Positions 21,780-35,975 of a DNA stretch of 64,000 nucleotides are shown here, in pieces. The DNA comes from Diplonema japonicum. Lineage: Eukaryota; Protista; Euglenozoa: Diplonemea. The position numbers and the translations under genes were made by a program. Where the stretch lies: assembly GCA_964019335.1 (NCBI GenBank), contig OZ025714.1, positions 1-64,000 on the forward strand. The letters are read 5' to 3'. Within the stretch, counting starts at the first letter, position 1, and each line of letters starts with the position of its first letter. Under the pieces are notes generated by a model. It did not search any database. It was not told the origin of the DNA and worked only from the letters and a program-made list of their open reading frames with translations.

Positions 21780-23260
21780 TTAAACTGTGCTGTAGCCCCT
21801 GCTTTTCATAGTTGAAGCGAAAGCCCGTTGCTCCTTTCTGTCGAAGCTCCTGGCAACTGCTTCCGGGCTTCGATCGATGCAAATAGCTGTCAGCAGCAAA
21901 CCGGCAGCGCTGCACATCGAGCACAGGATGCATATGGTAGGCATAGGATTGACACTTTCACTCATGATAGTGGAGATCGCGTAAACACCCACTGCACCGC
22001 CCAGCTTCCCGGATGCGGCAGAGATGCCGTGGCATCTGGCCCGCACTGAGGTGTCAAACAACACTGCCGGCAGCACAAATGTCGTGAAGTTAGGTCCAAA
22101 GTTAGAGAAAAAAAAAGTTAATCCGTACAGCACGAGAAACGTATTGCTGGAGAGCGTCTCGTACTGCAACCCCAACACCGCGAATAAGATCGTAATGGCC
22201 GTGAAACCTGACAGCTGCATCGACCGCAGCCCCATCGAGGGAAGGGCAAACAAGGCTGCGAAGTAACCAGGGATACCGAGCAAAGCAACTACAAGTAAAC
22301 ACCAAGCTGCAGAAGTAATCTGTGGTGTGGCGTGTATTAAGGGCTGCTTGTTTATACCTGCTCATGAGGCGATTGCGTTGCAGAGCTCGTGAGGCCCACG
22401 GCGGCGAAAGCTTGTGTCGCTAGGATAGAATTCCCATAGAAGGACACATCAAACAAGAACCAACACCCTGCGGTTCCTAGTAAACGGCGCCAGGAGTTTT
22501 TCCCGAGCACCTGCAAGAGGGGGGCGTTGAAGCGCGATGTGCCTTTGACGTTGTCAAAAGATTTACTATTATGCATGTTGTACCTCGGCAAGATGAGGAG
22601 GCCTGCAGGGATGGCACTGAAGCACAGGGCGTATCGCCACACCGTATCGAGGTCGGTGTATGTGTCCGAAGGGTACCTTCGCAACAGGGTTAGGATCACG
22701 ACCGGCCCCATAAGGAAACCAAAACCCTGCATGCAGAAGGTCAGCCCGATTGACCTTAAATCGGATGTCGACTCTCGTGACATGCTCGCACTCAAGGGGT
22801 ACTCCCCACCAACTCCGACACCCAGGACTAGCTGCCAGAAGCATAAACACCAGTAGATATCAAAGTTGTCAGTGCCGAACGAAGCTCCGGACCCCACGGC
22901 GCCTGCGATGACCAACGACAGTGTACACAAGCACGCTGTCTTCCTGCCTAGCTTGTCGGCTACCCATCCAAAGGTAAGCTGTCCCACAACAGCACCAATT
23001 AACTTTATGGCCCTAGCTACAGCTGCTTGAGTAGAGCTGGGCTTACCGAGTGTCGGGGTCATGGACATCGTAAGGATAACAGCACCGATGACGAACAGGT
23101 TGTACTGGTCAACCATGAAACCGCCGCCAGAGATTAAAAAAGACTTCCAGTTTACGTTCATCTTGTCAGGATAGTCTTGTTCGTTGTCGTGTGAAATCAA
23201 GTCCGACGTGAAAGACCGCTCGTCATCCCCGTAGTGTGGCATCATCGCCGGGGAAGTCAT
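21780..23260 (-). CDS. MFS inorganic phosphate:H+ symporter (PHO84/PHT1-like); 1 intron
   Basis: GFMVDQYNLF, FGWVADKLGRK, GVGVGGEYPLSA, FFSNFGPNFTTF, HGISAASGKLG. 38-nt intron 22357-22320. Confidence 0.92.
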
Positions 23261-23329
23261 CTCGCCCTGGGGATCTGGGAGTCTTATGAAAGGAAAGAGC
23301 ATAACAACCTTATCAAAAAGAAAAATACA

Positions 23330-23905
23330 TTATTGCACAGATCTAGTATCTAATTTATCTAATGCCTTCATCAGAGATGTAAGGTCGTTCGTTAGAGTAG
23401 AAGCCGACTGCTGAAGTAAAGAGGTCACCTCATGTGGGAGGCTTGCAGTATTGGCTTGCTTTTGCTTCTGCAGCCACAGTACAGAATCTACTGCGTCGGA
23501 GGGGCCAGTGGCAAGCATGCGCACCATGTCGTGGACGAGCTTCGTGACGTTATCTCTGTTCTTTTGATGGAAATACATGTTTGTATCGTGATGCTTATTC
23601 TCGATCTTAACAGATATATCAGGCATGTTCTCCATCACCTCCGCTAGGTGCTTTTCAAGTTCTTTCATCATTTCCACCTGCTCCCCCAGCTGCTCTGCGT
23701 CCACCACGCATTGTAGGTCTTCGCACACCTCTTTCTTTGCGGCTATGTGCTTTGCATTCTGAATAGATATCTGCAACTTATGCGACTGAGTAATCAACTC
23801 CGCCTCCTCCCCCACATGCACGAAATCTTCCATATGACTGCTCATGAACTTCGGCACAGGGGGGGCCTCTCGCAAGACAGCTTCTAGAATGCTTACCCCG
23901 TCCAT
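23330..23905 (-). CDS. Hypothetical coiled-coil protein, possible HAUS2/augmin-2-like
   Basis: About 190-aa ORF. The segment VVDAEQLGEQ..LEKHLAEVMEN..ISVKIE..NMYFHQKNRDNVTKLV resembles HAUS2 spacing by eye only. Confidence 0.55.
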   Translation of the reverse strand: MDGVSILEAVLREAPPVPKFMSSHMEDFVHVGEEAELITQSHKLQISIQNAKHIAAKKEVCEDLQCVVDAEQLGEQVEMMKELEKHLAEVMENMPDISVKIENKHHDTNMYFHQKNRDNVTKLVHDMVRMLATGPSDAVDSVLWLQKQKQANTASLPHEVTSLLQQSASTLTNDLTSLMKALDKLDTRSVQ

Positions 23906-24001
23906 CTTAACTGTATTTATTAAGTAGTGCAAGTGTGTGCTAGAGTAAAATACAAAGTTAACTTAAAGATGTGTAAATCATCCTGCTGCTGAAGCAGCTT
24001 C

Positions 24002-27000
24002 TTACCAGTGTGTCATCCCTAGTGCGATGACAGAAAAGCCATCAAAAGACACTACGCCTTTTTTGCTGTATTTGGATATCATTTGGTCCAACTGCTTATC
24101 GGGAAGCCTCAGGCCTATCTCGTACTCCCTGTATAGCGACGCCACATCTTTCTTCTCAACATGCCCACACCGCAACACATCGAGCCGGTTGAAGAGGCCT
24201 CGGATGGACGTGGCGCTCTCCAAGAACAGCGGGTGCTCATATCGCGACAAGCTTTCCATGTTATGCGTGGCAGCTCGCTGCCTCACTTTTTTCACATTCT
24301 TCAAGACCATGATTTTCACTTTCCTCCACCCGATTGTGCACTGCGACTGCGTTGTCAGGATTCTAAGGCACCGCACAGCAGGAAGGGGGTGCTCCAGTTT
24401 CAAGCACCACCTAATTCCGTCTTTAGGTTGAAGCTTAAACTCGTGAACCATATGCGTCGGCACAGTGTCCCCCCCTGTCCATATCTGATGCACTGTCTGG
24501 CATGCTTCGTTGTCGAGCATGTCGCACCTGGTCAGCAGCTCTATGGCATATATGTTAACGCAACGCTGCAGATCGATGTGCATCCATTGTGGGGCAGAAG
24601 CACCACTAGACCATCCATCACTGCCCAGCCTATCTGGGATGACCACACCCCCTCCACTCGCGATGGTTGCGTTGCTTCTGTATGTCCCTTCACACCATCG
24701 GCTGACTTGTATGCTGCATTCTCCTTGGATATCTCGCAAAGGAACTGCGCTGCTTTCCTCGGGCTCGCATAGTGCCGCGTCTGACTCCCATGAAGCGGAC
24801 ATCAGCGAGCCGTGATGCATCCCACCACTGCTATCGCCAGTGACTGTGTCATAGCCTGTACGAAGGCTCCATTTCGCTATGACACTTGCGTCGCTCTCGA
24901 AGACAACGTCTCGTATGCAGCCCTTGAAGTACGACCTCAGTTCAGCATTGCAGCAGCTTGCTCCTAGAAAGAGCGGCACTTTCCACTCGGAAAAGTTAGC
25001 TGGAGAGTCACACTCACCGTATTCCGGGACCATGTTCTCACCATCAACGAGTAGCTGAAGCTCGTTAGTGCTCACATTGCTCGCTTGGATCCTCAACGCA
25101 TGCCACTTATTGTCTGAAAGGCGAGGGACATGAAATGATACTACGAATATACATCCATCGTGGTCGGACACGAACACCGTAAGGTACCATGCCATGTAGC
25201 GCTTCTGAGTAGTCATGTGCATCACGACGACGAATTGTGCATTATCATCAATGCAGCTCAGCAATGCCTGCACCTCGCCCTCCGGTGAGCAGCATCGTAC
25301 TCTTAGAGATACCTGCCAAGGTTGGCTTAGGAGGGCCCCAAAGCTGCCTACGTTTCCAAGATTGGCATGTGTGTTGATGCCATTGAACACCAACACAGAC
25401 GGAGGCAAGGCCTTGATTTCCCACTTGAAATTATTAACGGCAGATACACATCTGTTCCCTGAAATATCTTGCAGTGACTGCTCGAGAGGGATGTTCAACA
25501 GCTCCTTGTCGGCATTCCTCACTTTGACACTCCGAAGACCCGCCTTCAGGGACCCTTCCATGCCACCAAATGTAAAGACACTTCTACCACAGGGAAGAGA
25601 AATACTGTCTTTTTTGAAGTACGTCACAGCAAGGTTCCTGTTGTTCATTTTCACCTGGACGCACGATTCTTTGTAGTTGTATGAGAACTGCAGCATGTGC
25701 CACAGGCCAGAGAACAGCGCTTGCCCTGCATCGACGACAGCAACTACGGCGTTCATTACTGTGATTGTCAACATGCCAACGCTTACGGCACAAGGCGTCA
25801 TGTTGATTTCGACGTTCCACAAAGTGGAGGAGCCGTCGTCGGAAGTCAGCGTGAAGAGAACACCCGGCTCACGTGAGGGAGTGATCCAGAACTCCACGTC
25901 ATCAGCAACGGCATGTAGAAGCGTTGTGAGCGTAGACCTCTTTCCACACAACTGGAGTGTGCAGGGCGGCACAGCTGTGTGGACCCAATTGGGGTTACTG
26001 ATCGTCCCTATTAAGGCATTCTCGCCCTCGTCGGCTGCAACACACGTGGTGCCGCCTTCCATTGGCCACGAGGCGATCACTTTGCCACTGTGGCTTAGTG
26101 CGACATGCGCAATGATACCTTCGTAGTGGTGGTCTGTGAAAAACTCACGCCGCATGGCGCCAATGGTGACAATAAAGTCGGGGACGCTGTCGTACACCCT
26201 TGGTCCCTGACTGCTGCACAATGTAACTCTCACGGGCTTCGAATCAATTTTCATCTTCATAACGCCACTAGCAGCACTCTCCACTTCCCACTCTATGTTG
26301 TGCCATTCCACATCGAATACTGACGTGTCGCAGTGGCCGTGTAGTATGCGTCCACAGGAGTCCCTCACCACCATCCCGATCAAACCCCGCTCGCAGCAAT
26401 TCAGAGATAGGCAGACTGCAGCTTCCAGGTTTGGACTTGTTGGGTCGTTCGCTGCCCACAGCACCTGATAACGTGTGGTGCTTCCGCACTTTATCCAGCA
26501 CTCGAAAGTGAATGCTTCAAAGTTGCTGGGTTTAAAGTGCGGCCTGGTGTCACCTATGTCGACGCAGCAGTCGTTGTCCATCAGCAGCTGTTGATTTGTT
26601 GTTAAAAATAGAGCTGCCGCATACCGCTGAGGTGGGGACTGCTGTGCTCTTCCAAGTGACGTTCTTCACCACAGCCCTTTCGCCTCTAGGCAAGGATATA
26701 AAAGATTCACCAAAGCGCTGTAGTTAATACTATTTACTTCTGGAACATACCTCACAGAGTGGGAGGTGTGCTGACAAACGGCCAGCCTCGTAAATCTGCA
26801 CGTCCAGTATGAAAGCATTCAATTGGTGCATTTTGTTGGGTCTGTTTCCCACTGATAACGTTGGCGCAAAAGCTGCTTCAACACGCTCGGTCTGTGGCGC
26901 TGACACACCCACCGGCACACTATCTAGCAATACTGACCACTTACTTCCTGCTACCGTCCATTTTATTTTGTGCCACGTTGTATCACACACTACTGCTTCG

Positions 27001-28508
27001 GCAGTGCGTGTGGTCTTTTTCGCTAGGAGCTCACCTTCGCATTCCTCTACTACTGTTAGCACAGCAGTTTCTGCTTGCAACTCAATCACGAAAGACCAGC
27101 CCACACCAGATCCTGACATCAGATGGTACAAGCTCTTGTGCGTACTGTGTACGTTGATGAGGAACTGCACAGAGAAGTCAGGCTCACTGCTCAAGTATAG
27201 CCCCGCTTCTACATAGCTGTGGTCACCTATCCACAGTACCAAAGGAGGGCACACAGTAGGGTGCCATGTATGTTGCGAAGAGAGCATTCCGTTGCTGGCG
27301 CCAGGCACTGTGTTCAAGCAACAATCACCGATGCCCTCGTCCATGAGCAGATCGGTTATGATCCCGCCTTCCGATGTGATAACAAGGTGCCGGACGTACC
27401 CTTCAAAGCGTGGCGGAATGACTGCTGTTGTTGTCAAGTAAAATAGATCTGAGGGCCCTTCGGTGTGTGTGAGGAGCATGCTGACCCTGACTGAATCTAT
27501 TGAAACTTCCATCTTGTTGTTAGCCGAGTCATGCACGCCCCAAGATATCTCGTGCCACTTCCCATCGCAGATCGGTGAATTGATCACCGCAGTGAGCCTT
27601 CGTCGTGCCCCATCGGTCAGCGTGAACGTGGTCTCGCCCTTTGAAGGGGTGTTCAGAAGGATCTCGGCGATGACGCAGCAAGCATTCGTCTCACGTACCT
27701 CTAAAGGTGATGACGGGATTTGCTGGTTTGTTTTTATCCAAAAGCAAACTTCCCAAGGAGACTTCCCCAGCCCGTGAGGCCCGAGCAGCCCCATTGATGT
27801 GATACCGTCAAAGTGGACAGAAGTAGGCGGGCCTTCTAATTTGTCCCACTGGCATTTGTGGTTGGACGCTGCGGAAGCCTTTGAATTATGGACGATTTCC
27901 ACTAAGGAAGACCCGGTTCCCACATCCATGGGCCATCGGTAGGCCAGTTCTTCGTCAACGAAGAGGGACAGGTATTTAGCCCATCCCTTGAAGAAGCACA
28001 GTACCTCGTTGGTGTGCACGACACTAGAAATGGCGCCGATTATGGTTTCGGAAGGGAAAAAAGACTTCATTGGCGTGTGGCGAATAGGACTGAAGTTGAA
28101 GGGACCTTCGGAGTGCGTGAAGTTCAGCTTCAGCTGCTGATCGTCGAGGAAAACCTTCATGGCATTGGAGGCTGAGTCTGTGACGACCCATTCCAGCTGG
28201 TGCCACATCCAGTCGCGTAAAGGGACGCAGGTGGTGCCAGCAAGTGTTCTACCGTCAGCATCCCTGATAACAAAGGTACTGATGCCAGGCTCACTTTGGC
28301 CTTCCGCGTTGCCTTCTAGGTACACAGCACAGATTACAACTTTCTTATGCACCATGCCGAAGACGCATTCCACACCCTCGCCGCTTGCACTTTTTATCCA
28401 CACTTTCAGGCTGCTTCTCTGCAGCCCTGCCCTGTACCTCTCAACATCTCCCACGTTCACATAACAGTCAATTCCGTTGAATCTCAATGTGCCTTTGCCA
28501 TTTTTCAT
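24002..28508 (-). CDS. Large LamG/concanavalin-A-like repeat protein with discoidin(F5/8)-like and C-terminal EF-hand-like regions; 2 introns join the two ORFs
   Basis: Repeated L.F.G...V..G / D..WH.I.W / WPM.EG.G units, GWSSGASAPQWMHIDL, and FNRLDVLRCGHV. Introns 26750-26718 (33 nt) and 26624-26588 (37 nt). Confidence 0.78.
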
Positions 28509-29050
28509 GAATCACCTGCTATCGTACGGTAGGAAGGCAGCTGCAGAGGGGGAAAGAGGAAAGTAAGGGAGGAAACAAAAAGAGCGAAAGATGTCAGCTG
28601 GAAAACGAAAAAGAAAGAGATGAGATAAAGGAGGTTCCTGTTTTGAACGTCCCCCTTGTCTCTACTTATCTACCCCTTTCTCCCTTCTGGGGCCTCGGCC
28701 TTTCTTTCTTTTTTGGCTGTGTTGCCTTTCTCAAAGTATCCTCCCTTTCTTCTTGCCACTTTGGAAAAGAAAAGAAAAATAGTCTTGTGAGACGCCCACT
28801 GTTCCGCCTGCATCTATCCCCGCCAGAAAGAGGGGGGGGGAGGAGAAGGAAAATCAACAAGCCAAATAAACAAAGAAAAAGAGGAAAATGTCACACAACG
28901 AAAGTTTTTTCTTTTATCTAGAAAGATAAAGGTATTGTAATAGCTTTTTTAGTGTGTTTGCGACACTTATTCCAGCGGGTTGGTCGTGTGCAGTATTTAC
29001 AAAAAGACTGCTGCGGACATCGTTGCTGAATATTCTAAGTCTGCCAATTT

Positions 29051-29927
29051 CTAGACGTGCGATTCTTCTTTGGCTTGATACGACTGTAGCATCTTCGCCT
29101 TCAGATCGTTCTGGTATGCGGCATCCTGCTCGTCTGTCACCTTCACGATGGCGTCCGGCTTGACGTTAATGGGCCTCTTGCCATTGTCGACTCTCATGTC
29201 GAACGAGACGTTGACCTTCTCGTCGTTGGTGTGGTTCACAGTGCCGTGTGTGCCTGCCTCCACAACGACAGCCTTCTTCGACTTGATGTCCTTGATTGCC
29301 TTCACCCTGTACCCCTTCAGCATCATACCCTCGAAGGGGTTGCCTCTGTGCTCCTGCGGGCATGACGAGGACCGCCGTAGGTTCAAGCTGAGGCCTGCCG
29401 CGATGTCCGTCCCCAGCAAGTCATGTTGCACGGCAAGCCACGCTCCCACATGTTCAATCGTCCTCGGGCTGTCGGCCACAGCACACCTCCTCTGCATGCC
29501 CGCTCTGCCTCCTTGTGCCCTGCAGACAAACGTCACCAGATCAGCCAGGATCATCAGTGACTCCTCGTCCAAACCCTGCGCCGCAGAGACTATTGAAGCA
29601 GTCGCCGGGCTGTAGCACTGGTTCTCTTGCCTCCTCAGCCGCGAGTCCAGTGGCGACCTGAGTTCCTTTTTCGCCTCGTCTTCTGCATTGTTGCCGTTGC
29701 TAACGTTGTGTCTTGGGCTTCCTGACTCGACCCCAATCTTACGCGGCTGTAAAAAAGATGTAGCAGGAAAATATATACCTCAATAGGTGCACATGGTCTG
29801 GGACAGGGCTTCTCTGAAGCGGGTAAACCAGGCTTCTCGGGCGAAGGATCCTGCTGCATTCCGTTGAGTGTGATGTCTGGTAACATACCAGTTCAAACCT
29901 TCTGAAAGACGCTTCTCTCATATGCAT
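29051..29927 (-). CDS. Hypothetical protein; 2 introns
   Basis: GTATG..CAG and GTATA..CAG introns near 29888 and 29778 join three ORF fragments into one frame. Confidence 0.55.
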
Positions 29928-29994
29928 TGTGCCTGTGGTACGTAATACAGCTGCACTAGTGACAAATGATTACTATAAACATCTACTTTCGCGA

Positions 29995-30408
29995 TCACGC
30001 TTCTGGTAGTCCTTGCGCCTTCACTGCTAGTTTCTGGTCGTACACCTTGTTCAGGAGTGCTTCGTTGAGCTCATTGCCCTTTATATCACTTGGGTTGATC
30101 ACGATTACCCTGCTGAATCGCTGCCCTTCCACCAATATGGAGTACCGATACGCATCTTCCGTGCAATTCATGGGCCGCACGTCAGCTGCCACCACCACTT
30201 CAGGGACAGGCCGCTCTTTGGTTGGTTTTGAGAAAATGAACCTTATGATCGGCGACCGTGTTTCTTTAAACATCAAAGCCGATGTGAACTTGTAGGACAG
30301 GCCTAGCTTGAGAAACAAGTCAGATGTCTGTATTGCGTCGAACTACGTGTTTGAGCATACCTCCTGGTGGAGCTTTTTATTTTCTGCTATCTGTTTCCCC
30401 TCATCCAT
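29995..30408 (-). CDS. Small protein, possibly AKAP14/AKAP28-like (ciliary); 1 intron
   Basis: FIFSKPTKERPVP..A.V..YSILVEGQR resembles the AKAP28 family pattern. GTATG..TACAG intron at about 30360-30328. Confidence 0.5.
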
Positions 30409-30687
30409 CTCTTCATTCTGTGGGGAGGTTCGTGGTACGGAGGTGGCAAAATAAAAAGTAGTCAAATTGATGCAGTGAAGGGGCATCATCTTGGTTCTGA
30501 AGAAGAGTAGAAAAAACGCTCAAGGGCCCAGATAACACTCACCTTGAAACAACAAGAATAAGTATAGCCAGCAGCAACGCTGGAAACGGAGAGAGTAGAC
30601 CGGTGGAATGACAGCTGGTGTGCTGCTGCATCTCCAAGCCAGTCGTACATAGTAAAGTTACGGGTAGAACTACCCAGCGAAACGTTC

Positions 30688-32322
30688 TTATAGACGAGAG
30701 GGAGTGTTGTCAAGTGTGAAAACGATGGGTCCCCTGCCCTGTTGGGCAGTCACCTGAACCGGGACGTCGAAGCACTCGTTTTTCAAGAGGTACTCCATAG
30801 TATTCGGGTCCGCCGAATTTGCCACAAATCTCTTCCCCGACTCAAGGGTGCCAACGCCAATGGCCCGTTGGGGGCCTTGCCTGCCAAATGCTACAGTCCA
30901 GAACTCCAACATCCCCCTGCCATTGGGCTTCATGTCCAACTTGACTGGCTTCGCATACGAATTGCAAAGCTGCTGATCCTCAGCCATTGTAGAAGCTGCC
31001 CACTGTCTGTACTGCGCAGAATACACGGCCCCTGAGTGCTTACTGAAATATCCACCATTCATGGTGACCAGTCCTTGGTCCTCTCTCTTCTTCCTCAAGA
31101 GATTCACCATCTCAACAACACCATGCAGTCCGAAGTTGTTACCAGGACCGCCGTGAAACTGCATGTTCCCAATCTGCGTCAGCTCCCCCGCATCTTTGTA
31201 CGTGATGCCCAGCTCTTTGACTGCCATCTTGACTGCAATAGGGAAGCAAGAATAGATTTCCTTGTGCTGCACGTTGTTGAGAGACATCCCAAGTGCGCTC
31301 TCCAACCTCATCTTCATCACCTTCATGCCGTTGGATGTGTGCAGCTCGCTCCTTTCAAGGGTCGGTATTGGTGTCTCAGAGACGGCACACCGAGCGTGAA
31401 TGAAGATGCACTTTTCTTCAGGTATACCACGCCTCCTTGCCTCGTCAATAGACATCATCAGCACAGCAGCTGACTGGTTGACATCAATGACAGAGTTCAT
31501 CATTTTTGTGTACGGGAAACCAATCATACGATTCTTGTTCGTCACTGTGCCGATTTCTTCAGGCGTCTTGTAGGTTGGGAACCAAGAATGCTCCGGGTGT
31601 TTGGCAGCCACAGCACTCATCTCACTCATTAACTTGCTGAGCTCAGCCTGGTACTGTTCTCCGGGAACATCTTTGTAGTACTTTCTCTTGAAAGCCTGCT
31701 CAATCAGTGGGTACATGTGTGCAGCAGGTGCCAAACCGTGCACTATCTCTGGTAAGCCAAACATGGATTTCTCGGGGGTAAGCAGCTTGGGTTCTCCCCC
31801 TGGATGATCCCCCCACGGGAGCTTCTTACCGCTTTGTGCTACTTCTTTTCTCTCACCGGTCATCGAGAACATCGGCACCTTGACACCCTCGATACCCCAG
31901 CCCTTCGCACGCGCTTTAGCGAGTGTTGCCATTGCCTCGCTTCCTGCAACGAGCACGGAGTTCACCTCACCTTTGGCGATTCTGTCTCCCATTTCGTTGA
32001 TTGCGTACTGTGGCCCGTTGCCCCCAGTAGATGTGGCATAGTAGGCGTTGTTGCGGGTGGCTGTGTGTGTCTTCAGAAGGTTCCCAAGAGACCTCGGCGG
32101 GTTGCTGTAGAGATGTGGCACGGTAGGAGGGAACAACAACTGGTGCAGGTGCGGAATGGTCACAATCAAGTCGACGTCAATATCTTTTTCACTGATGCCT
32201 GCATCGGCAAAGGCAAGAACTGAAGCCTTGTGCATGAGCTGCAAGGGGGTCAGCGCATCATCAAGTTCACCCTTCTGGGTGTACCTGCTCACACCTACCA
32301 ATACGGGAGTTCTGCCGTCCAT
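30688..32322 (-). CDS. Bacterial-type thiolase-like protein (PRK08257-like acetyl-CoA acetyltransferase) with C-terminal OB-like domain; intronless
   Basis: TPVLVGV, GGNGPQ, NRMIGFPYTKMMNS..DVNQSAA, EIYSCFP, FHGGPGNNF, NGGYFSKH. Confidence 0.88.
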   Translation of the reverse strand: MDGRTPVLVGVSRYTQKGELDDALTPLQLMHKASVLAFADAGISEKDIDVDLIVTIPHLHQLLFPPTVPHLYSNPPRSLGNLLKTHTATRNNAYYATSTGGNGPQYAINEMGDRIAKGEVNSVLVAGSEAMATLAKARAKGWGIEGVKVPMFSMTGERKEVAQSGKKLPWGDHPGGEPKLLTPEKSMFGLPEIVHGLAPAAHMYPLIEQAFKRKYYKDVPGEQYQAELSKLMSEMSAVAAKHPEHSWFPTYKTPEEIGTVTNKNRMIGFPYTKMMNSVIDVNQSAAVLMMSIDEARRRGIPEEKCIFIHARCAVSETPIPTLERSELHTSNGMKVMKMRLESALGMSLNNVQHKEIYSCFPIAVKMAVKELGITYKDAGELTQIGNMQFHGGPGNNFGLHGVVEMVNLLRKKREDQGLVTMNGGYFSKHSGAVYSAQYRQWAASTMAEDQQLCNSYAKPVKLDMKPNGRGMLEFWTVAFGRQGPQRAIGVGTLESGKRFVANSADPNTMEYLLKNECFDVPVQVTAQQGRGPIVFTLDNTPSRL

Positions 32323-33417
32323 ATGCCTTGTACCCTGTGGTAAGATGGTAAAGGATGAAGGTCGAGTAGCAATATGCAGATGAAATAGATGACAGTTCCA
32401 CTGATAAGTGGGGACATGTCGCGTGGAACAGCTCGAAGAGCGAATCGCAAGGATGAGAGTTGCTCGCGGAAGCTTTATTCACGAAATGCCGTAGCTCTGT
32501 GCTGTATTGTTGTTTATCACCCTCAACCTTTGCAACGTCGGAAAAACTCTTTCGAAGGATCTGCAGCTCCGATATGTGCACAGGTACCTGCAGGCTTGGT
32601 TCAATGAGACACATACCGCACGCACTGCGATTCCAGTCATAACGTAGCGCAACAAGCTGAGGGCATCCTTTTGCAGAGAAGCCTTCAGAGCAGTGCAAAC
32701 AATGTCCCTACTGACGCCTTCCTCTTCGAAGAGCATATAAACACGCTCCCACTCGCAGTTCAGCTTGTCTTTACTTTTGTAGGTTGATATGTATGGCAAA
32801 GTGAAAGAGTGGTTTACTGCACGGAAAGGGATTTTTTGCACAGCTTCAATGAATTCTGTGTATGAAAAGTAAGGTTCTGTAGAGGAAGCAACTATCTGCT
32901 GCACAGCCTCGAAGGACTCGAAAGGTGTATCAGCCGTGATGGTGGTCAGTTGCTGCAGCTTCAACATGCTGTCAAGCACGTGATACATTTCAGATGACTT
33001 CTTCACCGGCTCTGCCTTCGAGAACGGTTTCAACTCCTGCGCCACAAATGCAGCTTCATTGATGTTCCTTGCCCTCGTGGCGGCATCGCCTTTCGGGGGA
33101 CGCGGTACGAAACTGCTCTTCAGATCATCAATTTTAATATGTGGCTGCAACTGAAATGTTGTGAATCTAGCACTGCACCCTTCATGGGGCTTGCACGTCC
33201 TGTAGAATCGGACTTCGGCATTCTCTTCTTTAATATTCTCCGCCAGCAGCTTTCTAGCATCGGGGGTGAGGGCGTCGGCCAAAACTCGTATCTGCTTCCT
33301 CTTCTTGTTGCAGTGACCGTTTTGCACGTTCTCAGAAACATACGCCTTGAAGCTGAGGAATGTCTCCCTGCACACAGGGTTCCTGCTGACGATGAGCCCT
33401 CGGGCTTCATTAGACAT
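32267..33417 (-). CDS. Hypothetical protein; 1 intron, 3' end uncertain
   Basis: The 29-nt intron 32616-32588 joins ORFs 32479-33474 and 32267-32698. The predicted end overlaps the next start by 56 nt. Confidence 0.5.
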
Positions 33418-33484
33418 CCCTGATGACTTGTCCTGGTCAGGCTGTGCTAAATCAAAAGATACCAAAGGCGACACGGAAGTGTGG

Positions 33485-34711
33485 CTACGTAGACTTCTTC
33501 TTGGACGTGTCTTGCGACTTAGCCCGCTTGATCTTTCTTATTTGAATCTCTGGTACTGCTGCGGGCGGAAGAGGAGGTGGCTTCCTAGTGTCAGGAGTGC
33601 GTGCACGTGACCTACGTTTACGCGGCTTCTTCGACTTACCAGAAGAGGTGCTTGTGTTACTCGTTTGGTGTGAGCACTTATCACTATTAGTGAAAGCAAC
33701 ACTCGAGGGTCGGCTTGAGGAGTCAACATCAAGGGACAACTCAGAATGGGTGATGGTGCGTCTTGCCTGCCACTTTCTGATAGACGCGGGAGAGGAGGCC
33801 CTGCTGGATGACGCAGGGCGAGGCGAGGCCGACGGGGGAGACATCATAATGACCGTCGTTGAGGCAGATCCATCTTCTTTTTCTTTACCTTTTCTTTCCT
33901 TATCCTTATCCTTCAAATGTTCGTTCTTTGCCTTTCTTTCTTTCGGGTTTACCACTCTGTCCTCCTGCACGGTGCATATTTCGGGCTTCGTCTGAGATGA
34001 GGTGAAGATGCTTTTCAACAGTGCTCCCAGCTTAAACGTGACATAGGAAAACGTCATCATGTAAGCAAACCCCAGCACGACACCAGCACTGGCGAGCAAC
34101 ATCCCTGCAACAAAACGCGGTTGCTCCGTCACCACAGGCTCCTGCATAATAACAACGTCCTGGCACGACGGTTGTAAAGCGATGCTGTAGTACGATGCAC
34201 TGCATTTATAACACGTGAATGGGAAGGGAAACCTGGCGTTCCAGGAACGTTCCAGGGACTGCCTCCCCTTCTCAACAGGGCTGGCTATACTGACCTCAGT
34301 CTGGGTTAGCACAGGCCAAAGAGAAGACACCAGCGAGGGGCACACCTGGTATCCTGTTTCTGGTCTGTATGCATATAGAATCCCATCCCTAAAGGTCATG
34401 CACACCACGTCGTCCCACACGCTGTGCCATGTATCGTGAACCCTAATCTGCACACGGGCCACGTTTCCCGAGACGTTGGCCAGACCCTGCAAGCCAGTGC
34501 ATGCATCGGAGCTAACGTTGGTGACCATAACCACTCTAATAGGCGGCACGCACTCCACAGCTATGCAATCGCTGGACACTGTTGTGTGGCTGAAGCATAG
34601 GAAGATCCCTACCCCTATCAATGTTCCGATCACGCTGCCTACCATCAAGCAAGCGGGTGCAGTGTACTTGATGCTCGGTCCTTTGATTTCATCATCGCCT
34701 ACATTGTCCAT
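33485..34711 (-). CDS. Hypothetical two-TM membrane protein with Ser/Lys-rich tail
   Basis: 408-aa ATG ORF with two hydrophobic helices flanking a Cys-containing loop. Confidence 0.65.
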   Translation of the reverse strand: MDNVGDDEIKGPSIKYTAPACLMVGSVIGTLIGVGIFLCFSHTTVSSDCIAVECVPPIRVVMVTNVSSDACTGLQGLANVSGNVARVQIRVHDTWHSVWDDVVCMTFRDGILYAYRPETGYQVCPSLVSSLWPVLTQTEVSIASPVEKGRQSLERSWNARFPFPFTCYKCSASYYSIALQPSCQDVVIMQEPVVTEQPRFVAGMLLASAGVVLGFAYMMTFSYVTFKLGALLKSIFTSSQTKPEICTVQEDRVVNPKERKAKNEHLKDKDKERKGKEKEDGSASTTVIMMSPPSASPRPASSSRASSPASIRKWQARRTITHSELSLDVDSSSRPSSVAFTNSDKCSHQTSNTSTSSGKSKKPRKRRSRARTPDTRKPPPLPPAAVPEIQIRKIKRAKSQDTSKKKST

Positions 34712-34852
34712 TTATCTGCGCATGTTTTACCTGGGCGGGTGTTTTGTATGCTGCACGGTAGCAAAGACCTGATTCGTAACATGACTGACAGTTAGGATAG
34801 GGTGTCACCACCTTGATATCGGACTACTTATAGACTTTTCTTTCATCTGCTC

Positions 34853-35975
<1,123 letters not shown>

